A stretch of 64,000 nucleotides of DNA from the NCBI GenBank assembly GCA_021794015.1, contig JAJYRQ010000015.1, forward strand, positions 8,154 to 72,153, given 5' to 3'. This document shows positions 50,000-59,409 of this stretch, in pieces. The position numbers and the translations under genes are program-made. This DNA is from Deltaproteobacteria bacterium. Its GTDB lineage: Bacteria; Desulfobacterota; Binatia; Binatales; Binataceae. Below the pieces are notes generated by a model that worked only from the letters and a program-made list of their open reading frames with translations, ran no database searches and was not told the DNA's origin. Positions within the stretch are counted from its first letter, which is position 1. Each line of letters begins with the position of its first letter.

Positions 50000-50920
50000 G
50001 TGAACCGTAACTCTACTGGCGCGCTTCTTTACTTCGACACAAACGTATTCGATCCAAGGGATGGTGTGCCTGAAGCGAAGGAGCCTCTTATTCTCAACGT
50101 TCTCCACTCCCAGCGCTTCCACCTGGTGTTCGACCTTGATTGCTTTTTGGAGCCGCTGCTCGCGTTCCAAGGGCCTGCGGATGACGCGACGCCAAGGAGG
50201 GCTGCGCGCCAACTCGAACGGATGTTGGAATGGTGCGATCACCGCAGAATCGTGACACCACCGCAATTGCTGCTGGTCCAATCGGTGCGTTGGTACTCGG
50301 GGCTGCAGCCTCGGGTAGAAGCGTTTCTCGATAGAGAGAAACTAAACGAGCAGGTTGGAAGGGAACTGGCAAACTGGGACCCGGTTCGCTCGCCGCGGAA
50401 AGCATTTTGGCAAGAAATTGCTTCCGACGCGCAACGCGAGCGACAAATCTCCCAAGACAGCTTCACGACTTTGCTTCAGGAGCTCGGTCCACGTGACGGT
50501 TTCGCGCCGGGCGCCCGAATCCCGGCCTTCGATGAGTTCTGGAACGAGCACAAGTACAGGGTGGCTCAGACCCTCGTGGAGAGCGTCAGCGAAGAGTTGC
50601 AGGAGCCGAGTCTTCGGCAGCGCCGTGGCGAGCGGAGCATCGACGGATTGCTCGCCGTCAGGTGCGTGAACCTGTATGTTCTCGCGACTATCGCACACAT
50701 GTACCCCCGCTTCTACAACGACGGTCGGCAAATTCCGAAGATCAGGCAAAGTGACGCTGCCGATCTGCGACACGCCGTCGCGGCGTCCGTAGCCGAGATT
50801 TTCGTTACAAACGATTCGCGCCTTTATAGGGGCCTTTCGGCTATTCCGATCAAGGACTTCAGGATCGTCGAGTTGAATGCGTTCCTGACGGAGTTGGGAA
50901 ACACGGCTACAGGGCAGTAA
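50000..50920 (+). CDS. PIN-like nuclease-fold protein with ~170-aa internal insertion (306 aa), candidate toxin/defence effector
   Basis: N-terminal LLYFDTNVFDP is PIN motif 1 (Asp in beta1). C-terminal SDAADLRHAVAASVAEIFVTNDSRL is the PIN D-x3-A-x-A...T-x-D motif. Between them lies a helical ~170-aa region with no counterpart in ~130-aa VapC proteins. GTG start with RBS. ~55% GC. Confidence 0.5.
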   Translation: MNRNSTGALLYFDTNVFDPRDGVPEAKEPLILNVLHSQRFHLVFDLDCFLEPLLAFQGPADDATPRRAARQLERMLEWCDHRRIVTPPQLLLVQSVRWYSGLQPRVEAFLDREKLNEQVGRELANWDPVRSPRKAFWQEIASDAQRERQISQDSFTTLLQELGPRDGFAPGARIPAFDEFWNEHKYRVAQTLVESVSEELQEPSLRQRRGERSIDGLLAVRCVNLYVLATIAHMYPRFYNDGRQIPKIRQSDAADLRHAVAASVAEIFVTNDSRLYRGLSAIPIKDFRIVELNAFLTELGNTATGQ

Positions 50921-51383
50921 TGCGAGATCGGATGCGAAAAAGGGAGGTTATCACCCGGAATTTGCGTTTTGGCTTCTCGCTTCTTGCGTTCATAGCTCAA
51001 TTCGGAGGCGTAATACAAGGCTCTGAGGGCCGCCGAGGACGGCGGCTGGCGCGCGAGGCCTGCCCCGCCTGCCCCGAGCTTTGTCGAGGGGAGCCCTGCC
51101 GCTTCGCTGCCCGCCAAGGCGCCCTGGTGCAACCGCCGCTGGATTCTTTTCGCGGTTCGGCGAACGAACGAGGCGCTGGAGAACGGTCCGCAATTCCACC
51201 TCCGGCTCCTTGCTTAAGCGCTCATGCATATCCGGAAGCGGCCGACAGGGAGCAAGCGTGCTTTGCAACGCCCGCCGTGACGGCCTGGCCAAACGTGGCT
51301 TGCGGGCCCAAAACAAAGGCGATGGCGCCAGGTATCGCGGGGACCAGAGCCTCCAGTCCGGAGCCTTTGCTGCGCCAACCAAA

Positions 51384-52661
51384 TCAGGGGATGACGCCCT
51401 GGGAGCGCAGCCGGGCTAGCTCGGCCCGGCTAAAGCCGGCCGCTTCGAGCACCGCGCCGGTGTGCTCGCCAAGAAGCGGCGGACGCCGGGGTCGCCCGCG
51501 GCTTGCGCTCAACTTTACCGGCAAGCCGGTGGCGAAAACCTCGCCGCGCTGCGGATGCGTAAGTTTGAGCAGCATCCGGCGCGCCGCTACCTGCGGATGG
51601 ACGAACAGCTCCTTCAGGTTAAGCACGGGCCCGGCCGGGATGCCATGCTTGGCGAACAGCCGCACCCACTGCACCGCGCGGCGCCCGGCCAGCGCCCGTT
51701 CGATCTCGGCGGTCAAGGCAGCGCGGTTCTCAACGCGCAGCCGCTCGCTCTCGAAACGGGGATCGGCGGCCAGTTCGGGGCGCCCGATGGCCCGCACGAA
51801 GCTCTGCCACATCCGCTCGCTGCCGACCGCGATGTTGAGCGGGCGATCGGCCGCCATGAAAAGGCCGTAGGGTGAGACGAGCGGGTGATGATTGCCCTGC
51901 GGCTTGGGGCTTTTGCCGGTCTCGAAAAAGCTGCCCGCTGACCAACTGAGAATCCCGACTGCGGCCTCGAGCAGCGAGGTTTCCACGCGCTGGCCGCGCC
52001 CCGTGTGCCGGCGCGCCAGGAGCGCCATCACGATGCCGTAAGCGGCAAACATCCCGGCCAAAAGGTCGCAGATCGCCACGCCCATCCGCATCGGCCCGCT
52101 CTGCGGCGTGCCGGTAACGCTCATCAGGCCGGAGAATCCCTGCACGACCTGGTCGAAGCCGGGCGCGTCTCGCAGCGGGCCGCTTGCGCCAAAGCCGCTG
52201 ACGTTGCAGGTGATGATCCGCGGGTTGAGCCTCGACAAGACTCTGTACCCCAAGCCCAACCGCTCCATCACGCGCGGACGAAAATTGTCGATCACCACGT
52301 CGGCGCCCCGAACAAGCTTAAGCAGCGCCGCGCGGCCGGCCGGCTGCCGGTAATCGAGCTGCAGACTCTTCTTCGAGCGATTTACGCTGAAAAAGAAATA
52401 GCCGTCCCGGCCGGGCGCGCTGCCGGGGTCCTGGCGCGCCCCGACAAGCGGCTCGACCTTGATGACTTCGGCGCCGTAGTCGCCAAGAAGCTGCGTGCAA
52501 AAAGGCCCGGCCACGTAGCGGGTTAGATCAATAACCCGCACGCCGGCCAGCGGACTGCGCCCGCCCCCGGCACGCCGCTGCCGAGCGCCCGCCGGCGCTT
52601 GCCGCAACGAAGCGGGGCTCACGGCAGCGCTTGGCGCGCCGGCCTGAGAGCGCCCAGGCAA
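51384..52661 (-). CDS. Family III CoA-transferase (CaiB/BaiF/Frc family)
   Basis: GVRVIDLTRYVAGPFCTQLLGDYGAEVIKVEP N-terminal motif; catalytic Asp region. The real start is probably an internal GTG (~52545), since the N-terminal 40 aa are low complexity. Confidence 0.8.
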   Translation of the reverse strand: MPGRSQAGAPSAAVSPASLRQAPAGARQRRAGGGRSPLAGVRVIDLTRYVAGPFCTQLLGDYGAEVIKVEPLVGARQDPGSAPGRDGYFFFSVNRSKKSLQLDYRQPAGRAALLKLVRGADVVIDNFRPRVMERLGLGYRVLSRLNPRIITCNVSGFGASGPLRDAPGFDQVVQGFSGLMSVTGTPQSGPMRMGVAICDLLAGMFAAYGIVMALLARRHTGRGQRVETSLLEAAVGILSWSAGSFFETGKSPKPQGNHHPLVSPYGLFMAADRPLNIAVGSERMWQSFVRAIGRPELAADPRFESERLRVENRAALTAEIERALAGRRAVQWVRLFAKHGIPAGPVLNLKELFVHPQVAARRMLLKLTHPQRGEVFATGLPVKLSASRGRPRRPPLLGEHTGAVLEAAGFSRAELARLRSQGVIP

Positions 52662-52689
52662 AAGCGCGCCCGCTGCCGGCTCGGAGACT

Positions 52690-54522
52690 TCATTCCACGG
52701 TCACCGACTTGGCAAGGTTGCGCGGCTGATCGACGTCGGTGCCGCGGTAAACCGCGATATGGTAGGCCAGAAGCTGAAGCGGCACGGTGGTCAGTACCGG
52801 GCTTAGCAAACGATGGGTGGAGGGTACTTCGATCACCTCGTAAGCCACCTGGCGAAGTTCCTCGGTTGGATGGTCGGTCACCGCGATGACGCGTCCTTCG
52901 CGCGACTCGACCTCCTTGAGATTCGACACCGTCTTGTCGAAAAGGTGGTCGTTGGGAATTATCACGACCACCGGCATCTCCTGGTCGATGAGCGCAATCG
53001 GCCCGTGTTTCATCTCGCCCGCCGAGTAGCCTTCGGCATGGATGTAGGAGATTTCCTTGAGCTTGAGCGCGCCCTCGAGCGCGACCGGGTAGCTGATGCC
53101 GCGGCCCAGGTAAAGAAAATCCCGGGCCTTGCCGTACTTGCGCGCGATCTTTACGATCTCGCGCTCGCGCCCGATGACCGCCTCGATCTGCTGCGGTATC
53201 GCCCTAAGCGGTTCGACCAGCGCCGCAGCTTCGGACTCGCTGAGCCGGCCAAGCGCGGCCGCGAAGTGGAGCGCAAAAAGGTAGAAGGCCTCGATCTGGG
53301 TGAGGAAGCACTTGGTGGTGGTGACGCTTATCTCGGGCCCGCACCGGGTGTAAAGCTGGGCGTCCGCCCGGCGCGCCAGCGAGGAGTCCACCGTGTTGGT
53401 GAGCGCGATGAGATGGCAGCCGCGCGCGCGGCCCTCTTCCATCGCCGCCAGCGTGTCGGCCGTCTCGCCCGACTGGGACACTCCGACCATCAGCGTGCGC
53501 CCGTTTAGCGGCGCGCGCCGGTAGCGAAACTCCGCCGCGTAGTCCACCTCCACCGGCACCTGGCAAAGCTCCTCGATGATGAACTTGCCGATGAGCGAGG
53601 CGATCCACGAGGCCCCGGCACCCACGATGACAATCCGTTCAAGCGCGGCCGCTGCGGCCTGCGGCCAAAGCTCGGTTTCAAAGCGCACTGCGCCCGAACC
53701 GGGGGCAATTCGGCCGCCCAGCGTATCGATCCAGGCTTGCGGCTGCTCGGCGATTTCCTTGCGCAGGTAGTGCTTGAAACCGCCTTTGCTGGCGGAGACC
53801 GGGTCCCACTCGACGACCCTGGCCGCGCGCTCGAGCGGCCGGCCGTCAAAGGACATAAAGCGCGCGCCCTGGCTGGTTAGCTCAACGATTTCGCCGTCCT
53901 CGAGCACCACCACTCGGCGGGTATGACCCAGCAGCGCGGGGATATCCGAGGCCACGAAGCTTTCGCCCTCGCCGAGCCCGACGATGAGCGGCGTCGCGCT
54001 CTTGGCCGCAACCAGCCGGTCGGGTTCGCTCTGCGACAGCACGACCACCGAGAACGAACCCCTGAGCTCGGCGACCGCGCGGCGAACCGCCTCGGCCAGC
54101 CCAAGCCCCGACTTCACGCCTTCTTCGACCAAGTGCGAGATGAGTTCGCTGTCAGTTTCGGAACGCAGCCGGTGGCGGCGCGCGCGGAGCTGATCGCGCA
54201 ACTCGACGTAGTTCTCGATGATCCCGTTATGGATTACCGCAACGGGGCCGGCCCGGTGCGGGTGCGCGTTTTCCTCGGAGGGGCGGCCGTGGGTCGCCCA
54301 GCGGGTGTGGCCGATACCGATCCGGCCGGCAAGCGGCGCCGCCTCAAGGGCCCGAGCCAGCGCGGACAGCTTGCCGACGGCGCGGCGCACCTCCAGGTGC
54401 CCCTGCGGGGTGACCGTGGCAACGCCGGCCGAGTCGTAGCCGCGGTATTCAAGCCGTCCCAGCCCTTCGAGCAGGATTGGAAGCGCCTCGCGTGGGCCGA
54501 CGTAGCCGATGATCCCACACAT
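52690..54522 (-). CDS. glmS: Glutamine--fructose-6-phosphate aminotransferase (isomerizing)
   Basis: MCGIIGYVG (Cys2 nucleophile) at 54522, two SIS domains, C-terminal ...AKSVTVE. The ORF-track 5' extension to 54999 is rejected (it overlaps glmU). Confidence 0.9.
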   Translation of the reverse strand: MCGIIGYVGPREALPILLEGLGRLEYRGYDSAGVATVTPQGHLEVRRAVGKLSALARALEAAPLAGRIGIGHTRWATHGRPSEENAHPHRAGPVAVIHNGIIENYVELRDQLRARRHRLRSETDSELISHLVEEGVKSGLGLAEAVRRAVAELRGSFSVVVLSQSEPDRLVAAKSATPLIVGLGEGESFVASDIPALLGHTRRVVVLEDGEIVELTSQGARFMSFDGRPLERAARVVEWDPVSASKGGFKHYLRKEIAEQPQAWIDTLGGRIAPGSGAVRFETELWPQAAAAALERIVIVGAGASWIASLIGKFIIEELCQVPVEVDYAAEFRYRRAPLNGRTLMVGVSQSGETADTLAAMEEGRARGCHLIALTNTVDSSLARRADAQLYTRCGPEISVTTTKCFLTQIEAFYLFALHFAAALGRLSESEAAALVEPLRAIPQQIEAVIGREREIVKIARKYGKARDFLYLGRGISYPVALEGALKLKEISYIHAEGYSAGEMKHGPIALIDQEMPVVVIIPNDHLFDKTVSNLKEVESREGRVIAVTDHPTEELRQVAYEVIEVPSTHRLLSPVLTTVPLQLLAYHIAVYRGTDVDQPRNLAKSVTVE

Positions 54523-54527
54523 CAGAC

Positions 54528-55991
54528 TCACTCCTGCGGCGCGTCGGCGCGGCCGGAGCCGGCCGGTGCTGGCGCGCCGTGGCGGCGGCGCCACTTCGCC
54601 GTCCAACCGGGCCGCTCGCGCTGCGCGTGCTCCGACATGACCAGCGAGCCGGCGCCAACGTCGCGCAGCACCGTGGTGCCGGAAGCGACGTAAACGTCGT
54701 CGCCAACCGTCACCGGCGCCACCAACTGGCTGTCGCAGCCCACCATGCAGCGCGCGCCGATCCGGGTGGGGTGCTTGGCAAAGCCGTCGAAATTGACCGT
54801 GATAACGCCGCAACCGATGTTGGTGTCGGGACCCACCACGACGTCGCCCAGGTAGCTCAAGTGGCTCGCCTTGGTGTTGCGCCCCAACCGGGCCATCTTG
54901 GTCTCGACGAAATTGCCGACCCGGTTGCGACCCTCGAGCACCGTGCCGGGGCGCAGATGCGCGAACGGGCCGATCTCGCAGCCTTCGCCCACGTTGCACT
55001 GCTCGGCCCTAAGGCCGAACTTCAGATGGCAGCGCGGGCCGACCTCGACGTCGCGCAAAAAAGCGGTCCCCTCGATCCTGGTCTCAGCGCCGATCCGGGT
55101 GCGTCCCAAGAGTTGAACGTTGGGCCCGATCTCGACGTCCGGGCCGATCTCGACCGTTTCGTCGATATAGGTCGTGGCAGGGTCATGCAGCGTGACGCCT
55201 GCAGCCATGAGTCTGCGGTTAATCTCCCGGCGAATTTGAGCCTCCATCTCCGTCAGTTCCTCCCGCGAGTTGACGCCGGCAAACAGCGCGGCGTCATCGA
55301 AGCGCATCGCCTCAACCGTGAAGCCGGCTGCCAGCGCGCTGGCCACAACGTCGGTCAGGTAGTACTCGCCCTGCGCGTTGTGGCACTGCAGCCCGGCCAG
55401 CGCCGGCGCCAGCACCTCGACGCGCCCCAGGTAGAGGCCGGCGTTGACCTCGCGCACCGCAAGCTCGGCCGCGCTGGCGTCCCGCGCCTCTACGATCGCC
55501 CGCACCCGCCCCTCGGCTCCGCGCAGCACCCTGCCGTAGGCGCCCGCAGCTTCGACCACGACGCTGGCAAACGAAAGGCCGGCCTGCGCAACTTGATGGC
55601 GCGCAACAAAGGCCCGCAGCGTGGCGGCCGAAAGCCGCGCCATGTCGCCGTAAACCAACAGCACATCGCCGCAAAAACCGGCGCCGAGCTGCTCAAGTCC
55701 GCAGCGCGCTGCGTCGCCCGTGCCCCGCGCCTCTTCTTGCAGCGCAAAGACCGGGCGGCAGACCCCCGCCAGCGCCGTACGCACCGCCGCTTCAACCCGC
55801 GGCGCTTGCCGCCCTACCACCACCACCAGCGGCTCGACGCCGAGCGCCGCAACGGCCCGCAGCACCCGGCCAATGACCGTAACGCCGGCCACCTCATGAA
55901 GCACCTTGGCCCGCGCCGAGCGCATCCGCCTGCTCTCGCCCGCCGCCAGGACGATCGCTGCAAGTTTCCCCGAATCAGCCGTCATAGGCAT
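54528..55991 (-). CDS. glmU: Bifunctional UDP-N-acetylglucosamine pyrophosphorylase / glucosamine-1-phosphate N-acetyltransferase
   Basis: LAAIVLAAGESRRMRS nucleotidyltransferase motif. C-terminal left-handed beta-helix hexapeptide repeats. Confidence 0.9.
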   Translation of the reverse strand: MPMTADSGKLAAIVLAAGESRRMRSARAKVLHEVAGVTVIGRVLRAVAALGVEPLVVVVGRQAPRVEAAVRTALAGVCRPVFALQEEARGTGDAARCGLEQLGAGFCGDVLLVYGDMARLSAATLRAFVARHQVAQAGLSFASVVVEAAGAYGRVLRGAEGRVRAIVEARDASAAELAVREVNAGLYLGRVEVLAPALAGLQCHNAQGEYYLTDVVASALAAGFTVEAMRFDDAALFAGVNSREELTEMEAQIRREINRRLMAAGVTLHDPATTYIDETVEIGPDVEIGPNVQLLGRTRIGAETRIEGTAFLRDVEVGPRCHLKFGLRAEQCNVGEGCEIGPFAHLRPGTVLEGRNRVGNFVETKMARLGRNTKASHLSYLGDVVVGPDTNIGCGVITVNFDGFAKHPTRIGARCMVGCDSQLVAPVTVGDDVYVASGTTVLRDVGAGSLVMSEHAQRERPGWTAKWRRRHGAPAPAGSGRADAPQE

Positions 55992-56069
55992 GGAACAGCA
56001 GCGTGCGAGCGGCCTGCCTCACAGAAGGCCGCAGGGTCGGCCCCGGGGCCGGCCGGGCAACCGCGGTAG

Positions 56070-56366
56070 CTATCCCGGCTTCTTGAAAAGCCCCTCCAGG
56101 GCTGCGCGGAGATCGGATGCACCCGACCGAGCCGGACCGAGAGGCTTCGCGGACGGCCGAAAGTAGTCGCAGAAGTTTTGTTCTTCTTTCTCCACGACGC
56201 GATCGGCTGCCGTCTCGCGGCAGGCGTTGTTGAAAGCCGGATCATAAAATTCGCAGTTGCGACAGGCATGGAGCGGGCTATCGCAGCCGGGGCATCGGTC
56301 GCGAATCCCGAGCGCGTCGGCAAGCTCGACCGCATGGCCGCATCTCCAGCAGCTCATCTGGCGCAT
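56070..56366 (-). CDS. Small Cys-rich zinc-ribbon protein (hypothetical)
   Basis: MRQMSCWRCGH...RCPGCDSPLHACRNCEFYDP...C...C carries three CxxC pairs plus two Cys. The ORF-track 5' extension to 56651 would overlap xerC, so it is rejected. Confidence 0.45.
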   Translation of the reverse strand: MRQMSCWRCGHAVELADALGIRDRCPGCDSPLHACRNCEFYDPAFNNACRETAADRVVEKEEQNFCDYFRPSAKPLGPARSGASDLRAALEGLFKKPG

Positions 56367-56453
56367 GGCATTGGCCCCGCTTCGGCGTGGCGGGCGGCCC
56401 GGCCTGCGATCCGGCGCCTTTTGCCGCCGGGCGCTGGCTGATAGCATAGCGCT

Positions 56454-57374
56454 TTGCGGGAAGCCGAGTCGATGCGCCAGGCAATCGAATCTTTCGCCAC
56501 AGCTTTGCTCACCGCCCTGGGCGGGGCGGCCAACACTGCTGCTGCCTACCGGCGCGACCTTTGCGACTTTCGCGCCTTTTTGCTGCGCCGTTTTCCCGCG
56601 CTTAGCACGGAGGGCGGTGAGGTTGACTTGGCGCGAATCGAGCCGGGCCACGCCAGGGCCTACCTAGCCGACCTTTTGCGCCGCGCCAGCCGCGCCACGG
56701 CGCAGCGGCGCCTGGCGGCGATCAAGGCCTTCTTCCGGCACTTGGAGGCGGTCGAGGGTCTGCCCAACCCGGCAGTCGCGCTCAAAACGCCCAAGGCCGA
56801 ACGCCGGCTGCCGCGCGTGCCGGCTGAGCGCGAGGTCCTGACACTCATCGAGGCAGACGCGGAAAAGCAGGCGCCGCTTGCCTTGCGCGACCGCGCCATC
56901 GTCGAACTGCTCTACTCCTCGGGATTGCGGGTCAGCGAGTTGGCCGCGCTCAACTGGCAGGAGATCGACGCGCGGGTGGGCGTTGTAATGGTGCGGTCGG
57001 CCAAGGGAAACAAGGACCGTGTGGTGCCGGTGGGAGAGCCCGCCCTGGCCGCGTTGCGCAACTGGCGGGCCGCGGCGCCGGCTCCCGTTGCGCCCGACGG
57101 CCCGGTGTTTGTCAGCCGGCGGGGACGCCGGCTGACGGCGCGCAGCGTCGAGAAACTGTTTGAGCGCCGGGCTGTGCGCGCCGGCTTGGAGGCCTCGGTC
57201 AATCCGCACGCGCTGCGCCACAGCTTTGCCACCCATCTGCTTGAGCGGGGCGCCGATCTGCGCTCGATCCAGCAGATGCTGGGCCATGCCAGCTTGAGCA
57301 GCACTCAGCGCTATACTCATGTCACGGTGAAGCATCTAAGGGAGGCCTATGCGCGCGCGCATCCGCGAGCCTGA
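56454..57374 (+). CDS. xerC: Tyrosine recombinase XerC/XerD family
   Basis: [18 protein letters not shown]-terminal motif. Catalytic R...[39 protein letters not shown] (R-H-R-Y). Confidence 0.85.
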   Translation: MREAESMRQAIESFATALLTALGGAANTAAAYRRDLCDFRAFLLRRFPALSTEGGEVDLARIEPGHARAYLADLLRRASRATAQRRLAAIKAFFRHLEAVEGLPNPAVALKTPKAERRLPRVPAEREVLTLIEADAEKQAPLALRDRAIVELLYSSGLRVSELAALNWQEIDARVGVVMVRSAKGNKDRVVPVGEPALAALRNWRAAAPAPVAPDGPVFVSRRGRRLTARSVEKLFERRAVRAGLEASVNPHALRHSFATHLLERGADLRSIQQMLGHASLSSTQRYTHVTVKHLREAYARAHPRA

Positions 57375-57915
57375 GGCCGACTCGGCAATTCACGCCACCA
57401 CCGTCCTGACGGTCCGCCACCAGGGAGGCGTCGTCATGGCGGGTGACGGCCAGGTAAGCATCGGTCAGACCGTGCTCAAGCACGGGGCGCGCAAGGTGCG
57501 CCGGCTGCACGACGACGCGGTGCTGGCGGGATTTGCCGGAGCCACCGCCGACGCCTTCACGCTGTTCGAGCGGTTCGAGGGCAAGCTGCAGGAATTCGGC
57601 GGCAATCTGCGCCGGGCGGCGGTCGAGATGGCCAAGGACTGGCGCACCGACCGGGTGCTGCGCCGGCTCGAGGCGATGCTGGTGGTGGCCGACCGCGAGG
57701 CCTCGCTGCTGCTTTCCGGCAACGGCGACGTGATCGAGCCGGACGACGGCCTGCTTGCGGTCGGCAGCGGCGCCAACTTCGCCCTGGCCGCGGCGCGGGC
57801 GCTGGTACGGTACGGCCCGGCCCTGAGCGCGCGCCAGATTGCCGAGGCGGCCATGCAAATTGCCGCCGAAATCTGCGTTTATACCAATGACCGCTTGGTT
57901 ATCGAGGAGCTTTAG
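57349..57915 (+). CDS. hslV: ATP-dependent protease subunit HslV
   Basis: [21 protein letters not shown]...[14 protein letters not shown]. The ATG at 57349 gives a 16-aa extension before the Thr-Thr nucleophile region, so the start is uncertain. Overlaps the xerC stop. Confidence 0.85.
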   Translation: MRARIREPEADSAIHATTVLTVRHQGGVVMAGDGQVSIGQTVLKHGARKVRRLHDDAVLAGFAGATADAFTLFERFEGKLQEFGGNLRRAAVEMAKDWRTDRVLRRLEAMLVVADREASLLLSGNGDVIEPDDGLLAVGSGANFALAAARALVRYGPALSARQIAEAAMQIAAEICVYTNDRLVIEEL

Positions 57916-57951
57916 CGTGCCGCCGTTTAGCGGCCCGGAGGCCGGGGGCTG

Positions 57952-59328
57952 ATGACCGTACGCCAGGTGATGACGCCGCGCGAGATCGTCTCGGAACTCG
58001 ACCGCTATATCGTCGGCCAGCACGATGCCAAGCGCGCCGTGGCAATTGCGCTGCGCAACCGCTGGCGCCGCCAGCAGGTCGCCGCCGAGCTGCGCGACGA
58101 AATTGTCCCGAAGAACATCCTCATGATCGGGCCCACCGGCGTGGGCAAGACCGAGATCGCCCGCCGCCTGGCCCGGCTTGCCCAGGCGCCGTTTGTCAAG
58201 GTCGAGGCTTCGCGCTACACCGAGGTCGGCTACGTGGGACGCGACGTCGAATCGATCATTCGCGACCTTACCGAGATTGCCGTAAAAATGGTCCGCGACG
58301 AGGAACGCGAACGGGTCGCGGTGAAGGCCCGGCAGGCGGCTGAAGAGCGGCTGCTCGACATTCTGTTCCCGCCGCCCGTGCGGACCACGCGCCGGGTCAG
58401 CGTCGCCCCCGAACGGCCTGCCGAGGCCGCCGACACCAACACCAGTTACGGCGAAACGCGCGAAAAGCTGCGCCGCCTGCTGCGCGCCGGACAGCTCGAC
58501 GCCCGCGAAGTCGAAATCGAGATCACCGCCCAGGCCATGCCGATGCTCGAAGTGCTCACCCCCCAGGGGATGGAGGAGATGGGCGTCAACATGCGCGAGC
58601 TGTTCGGCCAGCTCATGCCCAAACGGACCAAGCACCGCTCGGTCAAGGTGCCCGAAGCGCTCGAACTGCTCACCCAGGAAGAGGCCGCCCGGCTGGTCGA
58701 CATGGAAAACGTGGCCCGTGAGGCGGTCCAGCGCACCGAGCAGTCGGGAATCGTCTTCATCGACGAGATCGACAAAATCGCCGGGCGCGACGCCGCGCAC
58801 GGACCCGACGTCTCGCGCCAGGGCGTGCAGCGCGACCTGCTGCCGATCGTCGAAGGCTCGACCGTCAACACCAAGTACGGCGCGGTGCGCACCGACCACA
58901 TCCTGTTCGTCGCCTCGGGCGCCTTCCACACCGCCAAGCCGTCGGACCTGATTCCGGAGTTTCAGGGCCGGTTTCCGATTCGGGTCGAGTTGCAGGCGCT
59001 CACCCAGGACGACTTCGTGCGCATCCTGACCCAGCCGGAGAACGCGCTCACCAAGCAGTACACGGCGCTGTTGGCGACCGAGTCGCTCCATCTGCGCTTT
59101 GCCGATGACGCCGTGGCGGCGCTGGCCGAGATTGCCGCGCTGCTCAACGCCCGTTCCGAAAACATTGGGGCCCGCCGGCTGCACACCGTGATGGAGCGGC
59201 TGCTGGAGGATGTTTCGTTCAACGCGCCCGAGCTTTCCGCCCAGGAAATTGCCATCGACAGCGCTTTCGTCCACAAGCGGCTCGACCCGATTCTCAAGGA
59301 CGAGGACTTGTCGCGCTACATCCTGTAA
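57952..59328 (+). CDS. hslU: ATP-dependent protease ATPase subunit HslU
   Basis: [17 protein letters not shown], Walker [17 protein letters not shown]-domain, sensor-2 region, C-terminal ...EDLSRYIL. Confidence 0.9.
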   Translation: MTVRQVMTPREIVSELDRYIVGQHDAKRAVAIALRNRWRRQQVAAELRDEIVPKNILMIGPTGVGKTEIARRLARLAQAPFVKVEASRYTEVGYVGRDVESIIRDLTEIAVKMVRDEERERVAVKARQAAEERLLDILFPPPVRTTRRVSVAPERPAEAADTNTSYGETREKLRRLLRAGQLDAREVEIEITAQAMPMLEVLTPQGMEEMGVNMRELFGQLMPKRTKHRSVKVPEALELLTQEEAARLVDMENVAREAVQRTEQSGIVFIDEIDKIAGRDAAHGPDVSRQGVQRDLLPIVEGSTVNTKYGAVRTDHILFVASGAFHTAKPSDLIPEFQGRFPIRVELQALTQDDFVRILTQPENALTKQYTALLATESLHLRFADDAVAALAEIAALLNARSENIGARRLHTVMERLLEDVSFNAPELSAQEIAIDSAFVHKRLDPILKDEDLSRYIL

Positions 59329-59409
59329 GCGCGGGGCGGCAACGGCGCGGCAGACGGTGCCCCGCGCCGGCGCGGAGGGCTTGCGGCGAGGGACAGCGAT
59401 CCAAGCGGC

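Noticed and set aside
50920-51870. 316-aa ORF 50920..51870(+) and 102-aa ORF 50824..51132(-)
   Set aside because: Mostly antisense to the CoA-transferase gene and compositionally junk. Only the first ~35 codons after the TAATG overlap with the PIN-like gene have islet-like composition, and that is noted within a finding rather than called as a gene.
54523-54999. 5' extension of the glmS ORF (52690..54999)
   Set aside because: GlmS must begin with Met-Cys (MCGIIGY) at 54522. The extension overlaps the glmU 3' end and is Arg-rich.
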